From Tetramitus jugosus (taxonomy: Eukaryota; Protista; Heterolobosea), in the NCBI GenBank assembly GCA_937625935.1, contig OW569387.1, positions 310,001-374,000 of the forward strand: a stretch of DNA of 64,000 nucleotides, read 5' to 3'. The position numbers and the translations under genes are program-made. Under the pieces are notes generated by a model. It made no database searches. It was not told where the DNA came from and was given only the letters and a program-made list of their open reading frames with translations. The number at the start of each line of letters is the position of its first letter. The first letter of the stretch is position 1. Shown in pieces: positions 37,008-48,800 of this stretch.

Positions 37008-37225
37008 TTGTTTTAATCAGTCCACAAGACAATACTTGATATACAAGAGAATTTCGAAGCTTTGTTTGTTTCGCGCACATTGACCTCAACTCAAACAAAT
37101 AAAATTCCCCGGCGACTACAGCTTGTTGGCAAGCAAAGGAGAGGGTTTTGGCGCCTGTACAAGCTTCTAGTTCTCTATCAACATGTGGACTCATCAGAGA
37201 AGAGGCGCGATACTGGCTTAAATTG

Positions 37226-38801
37226 TCATTTCTTATCATGGTGAATTGTTTGTAGTATGGGAGGAAGTTTCGAATGAGCCTTCTTCTTCAGAACAACTAT
37301 CCTTTTGACAAGATTGTTCTCAATTTTTTGCTTGTACCAACCGATAATCATTCCCACGATCACTCCCAGTAGACCTATGCCGAACAATAAGTACACGCAC
37401 AGGAATGCTCGACCCGCTCTCGAGTTAACAACAAGCTCACCATATCCGATACTGCAGAAAAGAAACCTGATCAGTGTTGCCCACTTTAGAAGAAGAAAAA
37501 ATGAATTGGAGTAGTAATACATACGTCGACAAACTAACAAGAGAGAAGTATAATCCAATACCATAATTCCAGTTCTCAATGAGTGAGAGCACCATTGAAC
37601 CCAATAGGACAAAGCAGATGACAACCGAAACTTGGAGACTAATTTGGATGAAGTGACTAGCTGCGGCCTGGTTAATTCTGATTCGGACTTTGTGATGTCT
37701 CTGAAACCAAGATCTTACTGCATGCATTCCTCTATGTCTCGAGAAAGTCGTATACTCATCAGTGATTGATATTTGACCTGGTAAGTGACCTATGGGATGA
37801 TTATGAGGGATACGAACGTCCACTTGGTTATAATCGGCTCCAGTCTCCGAAGTTCTATCTGTACTCAAATAATTGGAGGAACTGCGCTCGCTCTCAGTAT
37901 AATGATGAACATCTGTTTGCACTCCATCATGATGGCCCATAACGAAATGATTAAAGATATTGAAGATATGAGACGTGATACACATGTACCTCTGACTGAC
38001 GAAAGCAATCCAACCCGTTAGTAATGGCACTCCGATGATAATGCATACCGAGTTGTACGCTCTAGATCCTGCTCTGCTGGGCGCAAACTCACCATAACCT
38101 ACTGTCGTTAGAGTGATTACGACTACGTACAGAGAGAGACCGTATCCCCAACCATGCTTACTCTCAATTGCCCACAGAGGAATCGCCATGAGAGCCAGAG
38201 TGGCACTTAGAGCCATACACGCCAGAATAAAGGTAAAAACATGTGTTCGAAGTTTTTTCAGAGATTCCTTTAAAGTTGGTCGCTGCTGTTCTCGTCGAAT
38301 AATTGTTGTCTTTGTCGGTGGGATTCCACTAACTCCTCCTTCTTCCATTTCCTCCTCCATTATGATCAACCGGTCTAATTCTCCTTCATTTTCTTTATTC
38401 TTCTCCTCTACGATGACTTCATTGTGAGATTGCTCTTGGAGAGCTCGAGTTGAGCGACGATGTTGCCACGTAGCTGCTATACTCTCTTGAGTGATTGGAT
38501 CCGGGATGCAATTCTTCAGTACATGAACATCTTCATCTGCAACAACGAAGCGTATCCAATTATTGTTGATCAGGGCATCAATCTCCAATGAAATATACGG
38601 CAGTTGTTGAATAATCCCTTCTTGCTTGTTGAAAGTGTGTACAGCTGTTGACAACACATTGGCATACTGTTGATGTGGTTGACTAGATAATAAATCTTGT
38701 GCAGGAAAACAATGGACATGCCAAAAAGGTTTTTTGATCCGTATTGTCATCGCATAGGGTTCCAAAAGAAAGAAATGATACTCTTGTGGGTTCTCGTTCA
38801 T
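37226..38801 (-). CDS. Two-pore-domain K+ channel, copy A; join(37525..38801,37226..37451)
   Basis: Pore 1 TLTTVGYGE, pore 2 SLST|IGYGE, 4 TM helices. Confidence 0.9.
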
Positions 38802-38909
38802 TGTTTGTTTTTTTACAATGTATTGAGATCAATTAATTATTCCGTCCGATTCAAAAAGGCAATTGTTGTTTTTGGATTGAGGTCTTCCCTCAGGGTTGTG
38901 GCAACATGT

Positions 38910-40513
38910 TCAGGGTTGTGTGACAACTTCTTTTTGAGACTCGTGCTTCTCTTTTTTTTCCTTTCTCAGAGCTCTCTTCGCTCGTCTCTTTTCGATCATC
39001 TTGGTGACATGTTTTTTGATCCTACTTTTGTAAAGGTCGAGACCCATTCCAATTATTACTGCCAGCAAGCCAATGCCAATTAATAAATAAAAGCATAAAA
39101 GGACTCGGCCTGCTCTTGTTGTCACGAGAACATCTCCATATCCGATTCTGCACAGTATTGAATGAGTTGTGTTCTCAAGGGAGATAAGAGTGAAAAACCA
39201 AAAACTTACGTTGATAAACTAATAAGTGAGAAGTACAATCCCTCTCCGAAGTTCCAACCTTCAATCCTTTTAAAAACGGCAGATCCGATTAGGACATAAG
39301 CAATAATGATGAATACTTGAAGGCAAATCTTGAACGATTCGCTGGTGAGTATTTTTTGTAATGTTTCCCTTACTCGACGATGCCTCTGAAACCAACTCCT
39401 CGCTCTGCCACTACTTTTGACTTGATTGGGTGTGTTGAGATCATTTGGGACTATGGGATTCCTGTTTCCACCACCAGGTACGTTATCTTCCATGGATAAT
39501 TGAGCCACATTGACATACACTGATGAATCATGGATATGGTTGTCACCCGGTTCATCTAGAGATGTGTTCGCACTTTGTTCGTTCGTGGGCCGAACATTAG
39601 GAGTGACGGCAGCGTTGTTGTTCGTGACTGCTTGAGCATCATCGCTCATTGGTTGGAGGGCCTTCTCCGTTCCGTAATCAATTTCTTCATGGTGATCCAA
39701 GAGTGCATGACAGAAAATGTTAAAGCTGTGAGTAGTGATGGAAATGTATTTGGTGCTCACCAAAGCCAACCACAGACCCAACAAGGGAACTCCAATCACA
39801 ATAATGATACAATCAAGTGCTCTGCCTCCCTGCTTCTTTGGAGTGTAGTCACCGTACCCAACTGTGCACAAAGTCACAACGATAAAATACACTGTCACAC
39901 CATATCCCCAACCTTCAGATTTCCCGATGGCCCACATGGGGATTGCCAATAAGAAAACTGCACATATAATCGCTATGTATCCAATAGCAACAATAATAAG
40001 ATCTCTATGGATACGGTCAAATGATTGCTCGAGCGTTGGCCTCTTTCCATCTAGTTCCATCTCGGACGCCAAGATTTCTTCCTCTTTTTGTTCCTCTTCT
40101 TCCAACTGTCTGGTTTTCTCGAGTTCACGATTCTGTTCAACTTCTTCAATGCTCTGTTGTGTTACTGGATCGGAAACAACACTCTTCAATTTCTGAATGT
40201 CTTCATCTGCAACGACGAAACGGATCCATTCTTGGTTGATCAGAGCTTCTATCTCCAAGAAAAAGTACAATTGTGGTGGTGGGGGTGGTGAATCATTCTC
40301 GAGTTGTTCCTGAAGTTTCTGTTGATAATCTGATGCGAGATAGATTGAAGAGTCTGATGTGTTGGCATACTGAAAACACTCTTGTGGTTCATCACCTTCG
40401 ACTTGACCCTTGGAATCAATGGGTTGTGGTATCGGAGATTTCATTCTGAGAGTAAGTTGATGGTGTTGAAGAAGATAATACTCGTATTCATGGTTAACCA
40501 ATTCGGAAGTCAT
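38910..40513 (-). CDS. Two-pore-domain K+ channel, copy B (tandem paralog); join(39210..40513,38910..39147)
   Basis: TLCTVGYGD and SLST|IGYGD; intron at the same codon position as in copy A. Confidence 0.9.
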
Positions 40514-40612
40514 AGTTGAGTGGTTGAGTGTATTGGTTTTGTTGCGAAAGCCATCACTAAAAAGTCGCTGAACTATTTCGGGCAACAGCTCAGTTCAGGA
40601 CAGGCAAAAGGT

Positions 40613-40716
40613 TGACGGAAGTGGGGTTCGAACCCACGCCCTTTCGGAACACGGATCTTAACTCAACCTGAGTGTATTCCTAAACGTGTCGCCTTAGACC
40701 TCTCGGCCATTCCGCC
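40613..40716 (-). tRNA. tRNA-Leu(TAG) with ~24 nt canonical intron
   Basis: GGCGGAATGGCCGAGAGGTCTAAGGCG ACACG-TTTAGG[AATACACTCAGGTTGAGTTAAGAT]C-CGTGT, long variable arm, GGTTCGAACCC T-loop, discriminator A, downstream T4 Pol III terminator. Confidence 0.93.
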
Positions 40717-41003
40717 ATATAATGATAGAGATAGAGCAGAATTTGAAAAACTGCCTCCCAATCTGCGTCGAAGGCTGTGAAGGGTGTCTGGAAGCAACAG
40801 AGGGCTCTAACACAACCAGATCTAGTACAAGGACTTGTTGAACATGCTTAGGCAGAGAAATCAGGTTAGCGGAGAATGTTACTTCTGTGATCAATCCAAA
40901 GGTGCTCAATGAGCTTCGAGAGGTGGCGCTGTCATACTTCGCCGGGCCTTTCGCCTATTTAATTTCTTGTCAACAACGATAATTGTGTGTCAAACATATC
41001 AAC

Positions 41004-42860
41004 ATGACCAAGAGATCATCTCTCCAGTCATCCTCCTCTTCATGCAAGAAATTGAAATCATCATATCAAACTTCTGAAAATCAAACCAAGTTCGTTCCTA
41101 CGAATCAAGGTATTAAAGAGTTTCACTTCAATGAAATCGTCAGTAGAACAGACAATTCATGCCTGAATCAACATGTTGTGTTTGAAAACAAAATTCCTAA
41201 CTTCGGTGCCCCTCATGAGATTGATCAAAATGCGTCTGGTCAATACAGAATGGTTCTCAGGAAAGAAGCATTAGAACTATTCGGGAAAATTGACCATTGG
41301 CATGAACAATTCAATGAAGATGGCAAAATGGATGATACGTGTCTTGAATTGTGGGGTAGTGGAGGTGTTGGTAAAACGGGGCTCTTGTTCCTAGCGACAC
41401 AGTACTGCTTTGAAAAGGGGTGGCTAGTGATATACATGCCCATTGCTCCGAGTCCTTGTGAGATTGACCTGTGGTGCGAGGATATGTTGGAAGGGCTAAG
41501 AACTTACTATGGGAAGGAACAGATCGACCATAAAACTGTTGATGAGGCAAGCAAGCAACATGGAAGCGCTTCCCAGATCTTTACAAATGTGATTCAAAAA
41601 TTAAGCACTAGATCATCCAAACCCGTACTGATAGTATCGGATCAATGGAACGTACTCAAGAGAGATGGTGATATGAACAATCCATTTTTTGCTTACTTCT
41701 CCAACTTAGAAGGAGTTGGAAGCAAAAGCAAGGCAGTTTTCCTCTGTGCTGTATCATCACAGGCAGCACCTACCCTGCCAAAAACAGCCTTCAGAGATGC
41801 TAATCAACAAGCGACTGCCAAGACAATTGATCCATACGACGAAGCAGCCTTTATGTCACATTTGGCTCTCATGCAAACTCTTGGCAAGTTGGAAAATCTT
41901 ACAGTCGAAGAAGGGCAAATGATTCGTTATGAAACAGCATGTATTGCACGCTTAGTAACATGGATAGCTATGGGTGAGAACGACAGATTGGATATTTCTG
42001 AGTTTTCTAAAAAAGCAGTCAACTACTACAGCAAAAGAGTGGAAAACTTTTTGGATAGAAACGCAGATAAAGGTTCTGTCTACATTGCTGCATCCATTTA
42101 TTTGAACAAAGTTGTGAAAGGACCTGTAGATGAAAGATGGATCGAACAAGGGCTTTTATTGAGCAAGGAAGAGGGAACCTACGATGCTCCATGTCCTAGT
42201 GCGAGGCTAGCTATTCTCTATGTTGTGAAATCTCGCAAATTAGATACATTAGATTTCTTGCTGACAGACATTCAATGCAGAGGTAGGGCTCTTGAATTAC
42301 TAGTTCTCCAGTCCTTTTCTGAGGCTGACAGAATAAGACCAGTCACAAGAGTTGTTCCTCTCGATTCTACTTCCGAACTCAGAATTGGAGTTACAAAGAT
42401 CTGCTATCAATCTGCTCCCGTTGGTCAAGTTTATGAAATTTTCGAGGTTGAAAGGGGTACAATGCTAGTTTGCCATAATTCCCATGCTGTGGTTGATTTT
42501 GTTTTCAGAACAATTGAAAACAATCTTGTTTTTGTCCAAGTGTCTAATTCTACATACTCAAAACACAGTCCCCAGACTGAAGAACTCTTCACCAAGACAA
42601 TCCAAGTGAAAAGAAAGGGTAGTGTTGAATTAATGACGATGTATAATTTTTATAGATTGTGCGTGGGTATGAAGGAGGTTGACCCAAAAACAACACGCAA
42701 ATCCCACGTGAGCACTACAGTTGTGTATCTTACTCCCTCACAAGTCAAGACCAGAAATGTTGCTGGAATTACAATTCTCAATAGCAAAGAACAGTGGACA
42801 GCTTTTGTGGGGCAAGAGAATGCAGAGAGAGTATTCAGTACAAATGATATTGGTAAATAA
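41004..42860 (+). CDS. Crinkler/RHS-type effector: P-loop NTPase plus C-terminal restriction-endonuclease-fold domain
   Basis: Walker A LWGSGGVGKT followed by WLVIYMP, Walker B-like LIVSDQWN; C-terminal GRALE...VVDFV...VFVQVS (PD-(D/E)xK variant); intronless. Confidence 0.72.
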   Translation: MTKRSSLQSSSSSCKKLKSSYQTSENQTKFVPTNQGIKEFHFNEIVSRTDNSCLNQHVVFENKIPNFGAPHEIDQNASGQYRMVLRKEALELFGKIDHWHEQFNEDGKMDDTCLELWGSGGVGKTGLLFLATQYCFEKGWLVIYMPIAPSPCEIDLWCEDMLEGLRTYYGKEQIDHKTVDEASKQHGSASQIFTNVIQKLSTRSSKPVLIVSDQWNVLKRDGDMNNPFFAYFSNLEGVGSKSKAVFLCAVSSQAAPTLPKTAFRDANQQATAKTIDPYDEAAFMSHLALMQTLGKLENLTVEEGQMIRYETACIARLVTWIAMGENDRLDISEFSKKAVNYYSKRVENFLDRNADKGSVYIAASIYLNKVVKGPVDERWIEQGLLLSKEEGTYDAPCPSARLAILYVVKSRKLDTLDFLLTDIQCRGRALELLVLQSFSEADRIRPVTRVVPLDSTSELRIGVTKICYQSAPVGQVYEIFEVERGTMLVCHNSHAVVDFVFRTIENNLVFVQVSNSTYSKHSPQTEELFTKTIQVKRKGSVELMTMYNFYRLCVGMKEVDPKTTRKSHVSTTVVYLTPSQVKTRNVAGITILNSKEQWTAFVGQENAERVFSTNDIGK

Positions 42861-43233
42861 GTTCTTGAATATGGAGCTTTCATATTCGACCAGCAACTTG
42901 AAAATGAAAAAGTTATCCTTTTGAGCAAAAGTAAGCCAAGTCTTCTTCAACTTCTCTACCTCCTCGATTTGTTGTTCTCAGTCCAGGAAACACCTTTTTC
43001 AAGACCTGCTTCGAGAGTAACATGTCTGAGTAAAGAGAAGGGGTTGTCAATGGTGTGGACAAGGGAGTCGCCTTCAGAGGTTTATCAGACGATTTGTTTC
43101 CTGCTTTCAACATTCACGACGCCCAATGCGAATTTGAGTTTTGTTAGGAAGAGATGTTGGTCAAACCATAGTGTGAGTTGTAATTCGACCAAAACGCACA
43201 TTATCTTTTTCAACGTGTCCCAAAAAAACAAAA

Positions 43234-43629
43234 ATGGTTCAACCTCTCATGTGGATCGAAGCCGAAGAATTGGCTCCCATTCTCCTATCCAACAATAAAA
43301 AGGTTCTCGTAGTGGATTTGCGTGATGAAGACTACGAAGTGGGTCATGTGATCAACTCTGTCAACTACCCCAGTCAGACATTGAACGAAGAAGCTCTGGA
43401 AAAATTGTTGAACAAGGTTGTGGACGAAGGAACAGAAATGATTGTCTTCCACTGTCATTACTCTCAAGTCAGAGGACCTGCTTTTGGCCAAAAATTCCAC
43501 AACTTGGTCGAGGATAAACTACCTGAAACTAGTCAATTGCAGTGCAAGGTATTGAGAGGGGGATGGGGCAATTGGCACAAGAGATACCGATCTGAAGTGG
43601 ACGTACAACGATACATTACATTCCTGTGA
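43234..43629 (+). CDS. Single-domain Cdc25-like rhodanese phosphatase/arsenate reductase (Acr2/Ibp1-type)
   Basis: VVDLRDEDY..GHV, HCX5R active site FHCHYSQVRGP, VLRGGW. Confidence 0.92.
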   Translation: MVQPLMWIEAEELAPILLSNNKKVLVVDLRDEDYEVGHVINSVNYPSQTLNEEALEKLLNKVVDEGTEMIVFHCHYSQVRGPAFGQKFHNLVEDKLPETSQLQCKVLRGGWGNWHKRYRSEVDVQRYITFL

Positions 43630-43774
43630 AAGCTTTCACCAATAAAAAACCCGCCAAAAAAGAATGCCAACAACTTGTTCGAGTCAATTCTGGAACCATC
43701 CCTCTTTGGCGCCTCTTTTTGTCAGTTTACTTTGACAAAAAACCAAATTTCAGATCACACAAAGAAAAAGCAAA

Positions 43775-45769
43775 ATGGCCACAACAAAGAGAAGACGCAG
43801 AGCAAGACCAACTGGCGCCACACGAACAACAGAGGAATCCACAGAAGAACAACAAGCTCACGAACACGACGACTCCACCATCTCCACACCACCTTCCTCA
43901 AAAGCTTCCAATGGTCATCATGATGAAGAATCAATAACCACACCAACGACACCAAGAGAGGAAGAAGTCAATCATGATTCTCCTTTGACCCCTCCTCCAA
44001 AACAAACCACCATGATGACTACACTACCTACTCCATCATTATCCACTGCTCGTCGTGTCTCTATTGCTCTCGTACCTGATCAGTTCATGTCACCCAAGGC
44101 CAGATCCAATCGAAAATCACTGTCTGTTGTTCAAGAAGAACCACAACAACAACAACAATCGACTCCTCTACCGGCCAATAGTGCAAGAAAGAGAACAGCT
44201 GCTGCTGCTGCTCTGCATAGGGTATCATCTAGTCGTGTAGCAAGTGGAGCTCCATCAACTCCTCAAGTACAAAAATCATCATCTTTGTCGGGAATGATGC
44301 TCGTGGAACCTCAAATGTTATCTCCTGCTGCTAAACTACTCAGAAGAAGGTCATTGGCGAATACTACTACTGGTTCTGCTGCTTCAAGTGGTACTTTTGT
44401 GTCTGGTGGTGATGATGAGAATGCTGCTTCATTGATTCCCACTGATATCCATACACCAGAGTCCAGTCGAATGGGAAGGAGACCATTCACGAGTCAAGAA
44501 GATCAAGTCATTGTAGATGTGGTGCAACATGAGGCCCAAGCGGGTGGATCAATTCCAAAGCATGTGTGGGACATTTGTGCAGGTCAGTTGGGCAATGGAA
44601 GAACTGCCATCTCGTGCAAGAAACGATTCGAAACGCATTTGAATCAAACATTGAATGTGCCCTTTTTCAGTAATCGAAGATTGGGAACACCAAGATCAGC
44701 ACCCACTCCTGCTGCAGGTACTTCTGCTAGAAAATTAACGGGAATTCTCAAGACGCCATCATCTGTGACGAGATCCTTGCTTTCGACGACTCGAGGTGCT
44801 GCCAAAATTGCTCATACCGAACCAATGGAAGATGAACACGTTACTTCGAATGAACCATCTCCCATCCTTGGTGTAGCCTCACCTCAACACGTCGTTCGCC
44901 AATCTCCACTCTTCGGAAGTGAAGACGAAGAAGATGAAGGTTTTGGTGGTGATGAACAACGGGGATTCGAGGAAGAGGAAACTGTGCGTCCTGAGACTCA
45001 TTTTGAGCGTGAATCTCATGCCATGCGATCTGCTGAAACATCTGCTCAGGAAAGGGCAACGCGTGCACAACATGCGATCGACGAGAACATTGTTCCACCA
45101 CAGGACACTGCCAATGGCGGACTGTTGTCTGTTAGTCTTCAACCAAGAATCATGACAGATAAGAAGAAGAAGCCATCGAGAAAACTTCCTTTGAGTGACT
45201 CTGAAGATGAAGATTTAATGAGACGACACCTCAGAAGACAACCAAGAGAAACGAAAACTGCTCGGAAGAGAATCGTATGGGATCTTAATAATGGTGAGGA
45301 AGAGGAACCGCAATCAGAGGACGAAGAGGTGCAAACCAAGAAGCGTAGGAAAGTAGCAGAGACTAGAGAACCAGAATCAGAGAAAGTGAGCGAACAACGA
45401 ACTAGGAAAGAAAAGCAACAAGCGCCAAAGTCGGTGACACCTGCAGTTGCAGAGGAAACTGAACCGTCATCTACTGTACAACTAACATCTGCTCAGCTCA
45501 AAACATTGAACAGAATCCAAAAGGAAACAAAGCAGAATATTGCTGTTATTCTCCACGCTCTCTTTGTCTGCAGTGGCCGCATTGAAAATGCCATACAGTA
45601 CCTCAGCTCTTCATCCGATAACATACCTGTGTGGACGCGTGATGAAGATAAGGTATTGCTGAGCAAATCGAAGACGAAAGAAATCAATCGGCTGAGAACG
45701 AATTTACTGACGACAAAAGGAGGTTCAGAGTGTGAACATCGTGTCCGTTTCCTCACACCATCTCAATAG
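43775..45769 (+). CDS. Telomeric Rap1/TERF2IP-like protein (Myb domain plus Rap1 C-terminal domain)
   Basis: Myb RRPFTSQED...W...GRTAISCKKRF; RCT-like ILHALFVCSG..NAIQYL..VWTRDEDKVLL...KG....RVRFL; many S/T-P sites. Confidence 0.75.
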   Translation: MATTKRRRRARPTGATRTTEESTEEQQAHEHDDSTISTPPSSKASNGHHDEESITTPTTPREEEVNHDSPLTPPPKQTTMMTTLPTPSLSTARRVSIALVPDQFMSPKARSNRKSLSVVQEEPQQQQQSTPLPANSARKRTAAAAALHRVSSSRVASGAPSTPQVQKSSSLSGMMLVEPQMLSPAAKLLRRRSLANTTTGSAASSGTFVSGGDDENAASLIPTDIHTPESSRMGRRPFTSQEDQVIVDVVQHEAQAGGSIPKHVWDICAGQLGNGRTAISCKKRFETHLNQTLNVPFFSNRRLGTPRSAPTPAAGTSARKLTGILKTPSSVTRSLLSTTRGAAKIAHTEPMEDEHVTSNEPSPILGVASPQHVVRQSPLFGSEDEEDEGFGGDEQRGFEEEETVRPETHFERESHAMRSAETSAQERATRAQHAIDENIVPPQDTANGGLLSVSLQPRIMTDKKKKPSRKLPLSDSEDEDLMRRHLRRQPRETKTARKRIVWDLNNGEEEEPQSEDEEVQTKKRRKVAETREPESEKVSEQRTRKEKQQAPKSVTPAVAEETEPSSTVQLTSAQLKTLNRIQKETKQNIAVILHALFVCSGRIENAIQYLSSSSDNIPVWTRDEDKVLLSKSKTKEINRLRTNLLTTKGGSECEHRVRFLTPSQ

Positions 45770-45853
45770 AACAGTTGAGTTGCATTGTATTATTCATTCA
45801 ACGTTTATAAAACAAAAAATAATTATTTGTCAAAAAGTGGCATGGATTTCATC

Positions 45854-48800
45854 TTACAAAACCGCTATGCAACTAAAGAGACTGGATGCTCGACTCTTCT
45901 TCCGCTTGTAATCGTTGGCATAGAACTGGTAAAGTCGAGAAATCTTCATCCGAACACCGATGCAAGGGAAGCTGTATCTCCATTGACTGAATATGACATC
46001 CTCCTCAGACAAGTTATCTTCCAACAGAGATGGATATTCACATACCCAGACATCCACGTTAATAGTCTCTGATCTATAATCAATAGAGTACGTTGGAGCC
46101 TTGTAGTTTGGAAGTCCATGCTTTCCAAATCGGCCCATGGACACAATCTTGGAGAGTTTTTCCAACCAGGGATCCATTGCGCCCTTATTGTTCTTGTAAT
46201 ACTTGGTGTAAAATTTGAGACTTTCAGCCGTAAGGAATACGGTTGCATATTCCGTGTCATCTACTCCCGATTGGAACAAGTAATGCTTCGTGTACGTTTG
46301 TACAACAGCCAACTGCGTGTCATATTTCAAATCCTCCCATCCTAGTTTTGATAACATTTTCATGGGATCGAACTGTGGATTCATCCGATTCGTAAATCGC
46401 ACTTGACACAATGGCAAATTGAAATTTGAGTTCAGAGCAGCCAACTCTGCACCAAAATACGGATGTTCAAGCTTGGACAAGAGGAACAATTTGTCGTACA
46501 TGAACTCGTGACGGAACAGTGCTTCCTTGTAGCCCTTGACGTCGTATCCGACTCTGAATCGATCATACTTGTAAACATCCAACAACATTCTCAGAATTGT
46601 GCGTTTAAACAGCTTATTCAACTCTGTTGTATCATCAGAATTAAACAATTGCTCGACAGCCAAGGATGCTTCATCTGCCTTGTCATCAAACGAATCATAT
46701 GCTTGACCAGATTTTTCTGCCGTGCTAGTTGTGTTCTTGTCGGCATTGGCATTGATTCCCAGTCTTCTAGCAGTAGAAGCACTCACATTGTTTGGAAATA
46801 GGTTGTGAATGTAGAAACGGATCGATGGATCAATATGATCCACTTCGAATATCACATCATCTGCATTGTTGCTCAAGTACCGCGGCACACAAATGTTCAA
46901 AAAGTGAATATTGTGAGCCACAATCTTCTCTGGAGTCAATCGCATATCTCTCAAGAAGGTGTTCTCAAATGATTGAACAGTGGTACCAGGTGTCAAAACA
47001 ATCAACGTTCCATCATACTCGCTCAACAACTGGAAATAGGCTTCATTGTCATCATTGACCTCTTCATTCTCACTCAATATACTGCTACTGCTTCCACTGC
47101 TACTACTACTACTACTCCCCGTAATACTATTACTACTACTACTCAAATTACTACTACTACTCATCATCATCACATTGCTATTGTTCTTGTTATTTTGATT
47201 GTTACTATTCGCAAATGAATGATAATCATTTGCAAATTCAAACTGAAACACTACAGTCTGTGACAAATCCTGTTCATAATCATCACCCATCATCAATCGA
47301 TTCCAATCTCTCAAATGATCACACGTAAACTTTGCTTGACATCGATACAGTTGAACCACGTTACCAGAATTGGTCGTTGTTGGACTTCCACTATTGCTAC
47401 TCGTACTGCTCTTACTACTACTACTACTACTACTATTGCTGCTGCTGCTCGAACTCGCTTTTGTCGTTGAACTCGAATTTGTTCTATTTTTATCTGTTGT
47501 AGATGTCGATGATGACGGAGAATAATTGGTTCTTCCATGATGAAAACTCATTTTTTTCAAGCCAAACACATCTTCAAACAAACTCTGTGTAATACTACCC
47601 ACACTACTACTACTACTACTATTGATACTATCGATATTACTATTATTATCAAAATTATGATTGTTATTTTTAGTAACATTGTGTAATGAGGAGGATGATG
47701 GTAGAATCATAGAGGGAGGCAACTGAGGAGACAACGTATTTTTTCCATCATGTTCCAACACACGTATTTGAACAATTGGTCTCATATGTATCTGTTCAAA
47801 CAATGGTAAATCAAACATTGGTTTATGCGAATGATAATTTTGATATGCATTGTTATTACTATGATTAAAATTATGATTCAATGTTGTTGTTGTATTTGTT
47901 GTATTTGTGTTACTAGTGTTCGTAGTAGTAGTGTTGTTAGTGTTGTTAGTGTTGTTCTTAGTAAAGTGACTATTGGCATAACTTGTTTGAATACGATTTT
48001 TTTGTTGTTGATTCATTTGATTTTGTTGATGTTCCATGACTACGATTCGATCATTTGGATGATGCATCATGTATTGTGTCGTGTTTGCATGAGAAAGCTT
48101 TCTTGTTGTTGTTAGTCCATTTGTATGATGATGATGATGATGATGATTACTATTAGTGTTGTGACTATTGTTGTTGTTGTTACTACTGTTGTTACTGTTG
48201 TGACGAACATGATGAGAAAGAATGTTTCGAGGGGAGAGTGAAGCGGCAGAAATTTTTCTTCGCGGAGAAATGTGTTTCCGACTGAGCGGGGAATGATTGG
48301 CCGACACGACATCAAAATGATTTTGTTGTGAAGTGGCATTGGTAGCGGCAGCCAATGGATTGGTAGTAGTGGGAGAGAGTGGTGCTGATGAGTTGGAAGC
48401 TAATAATTGAGCAAAAGCTCCGTTACCTAATCCAACACTTTTTCCCTTGATTTTTCTCTGTTGATGATGATGTGTTGATTTTTCTGGTGATAAAAAGGAA
48501 GATGAAGAGGAGGGTGATAGAGGAGATAAGGGCTCTGTCGATGTGGTAGTGTCATCTTTGAATGTTACACTACGTCTTTCAACTGTTTTTGTTGTTGTTG
48601 TTGTTGTTGTTGTAGCTAATGATGTGTCTTCTGTTGTTGTTGTTGTTGTTGGAACGTTGAGCAGTGAAGCACGACGAACAGTACTTTCATTTTCAGTGAC
48701 GACGGTTGTTGTTGTTGTTGTTGTTTTTGCTTCATTGTGGTGAAGAATATTTTTTTCAGAGTCAATAGTAGCTGCTACAGTACTGTTGTTATTATTGTCA

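Noticed and set aside
40720-40980. Terminal repeats or target-site duplication around the Crinkler-like gene
   Set aside because: None found by eye, so it is not annotated as a mobile element.
45854-45875. C-terminal CIAVL as a CaaX prenylation signal
   Set aside because: The Cys is fifth from the end, not fourth.
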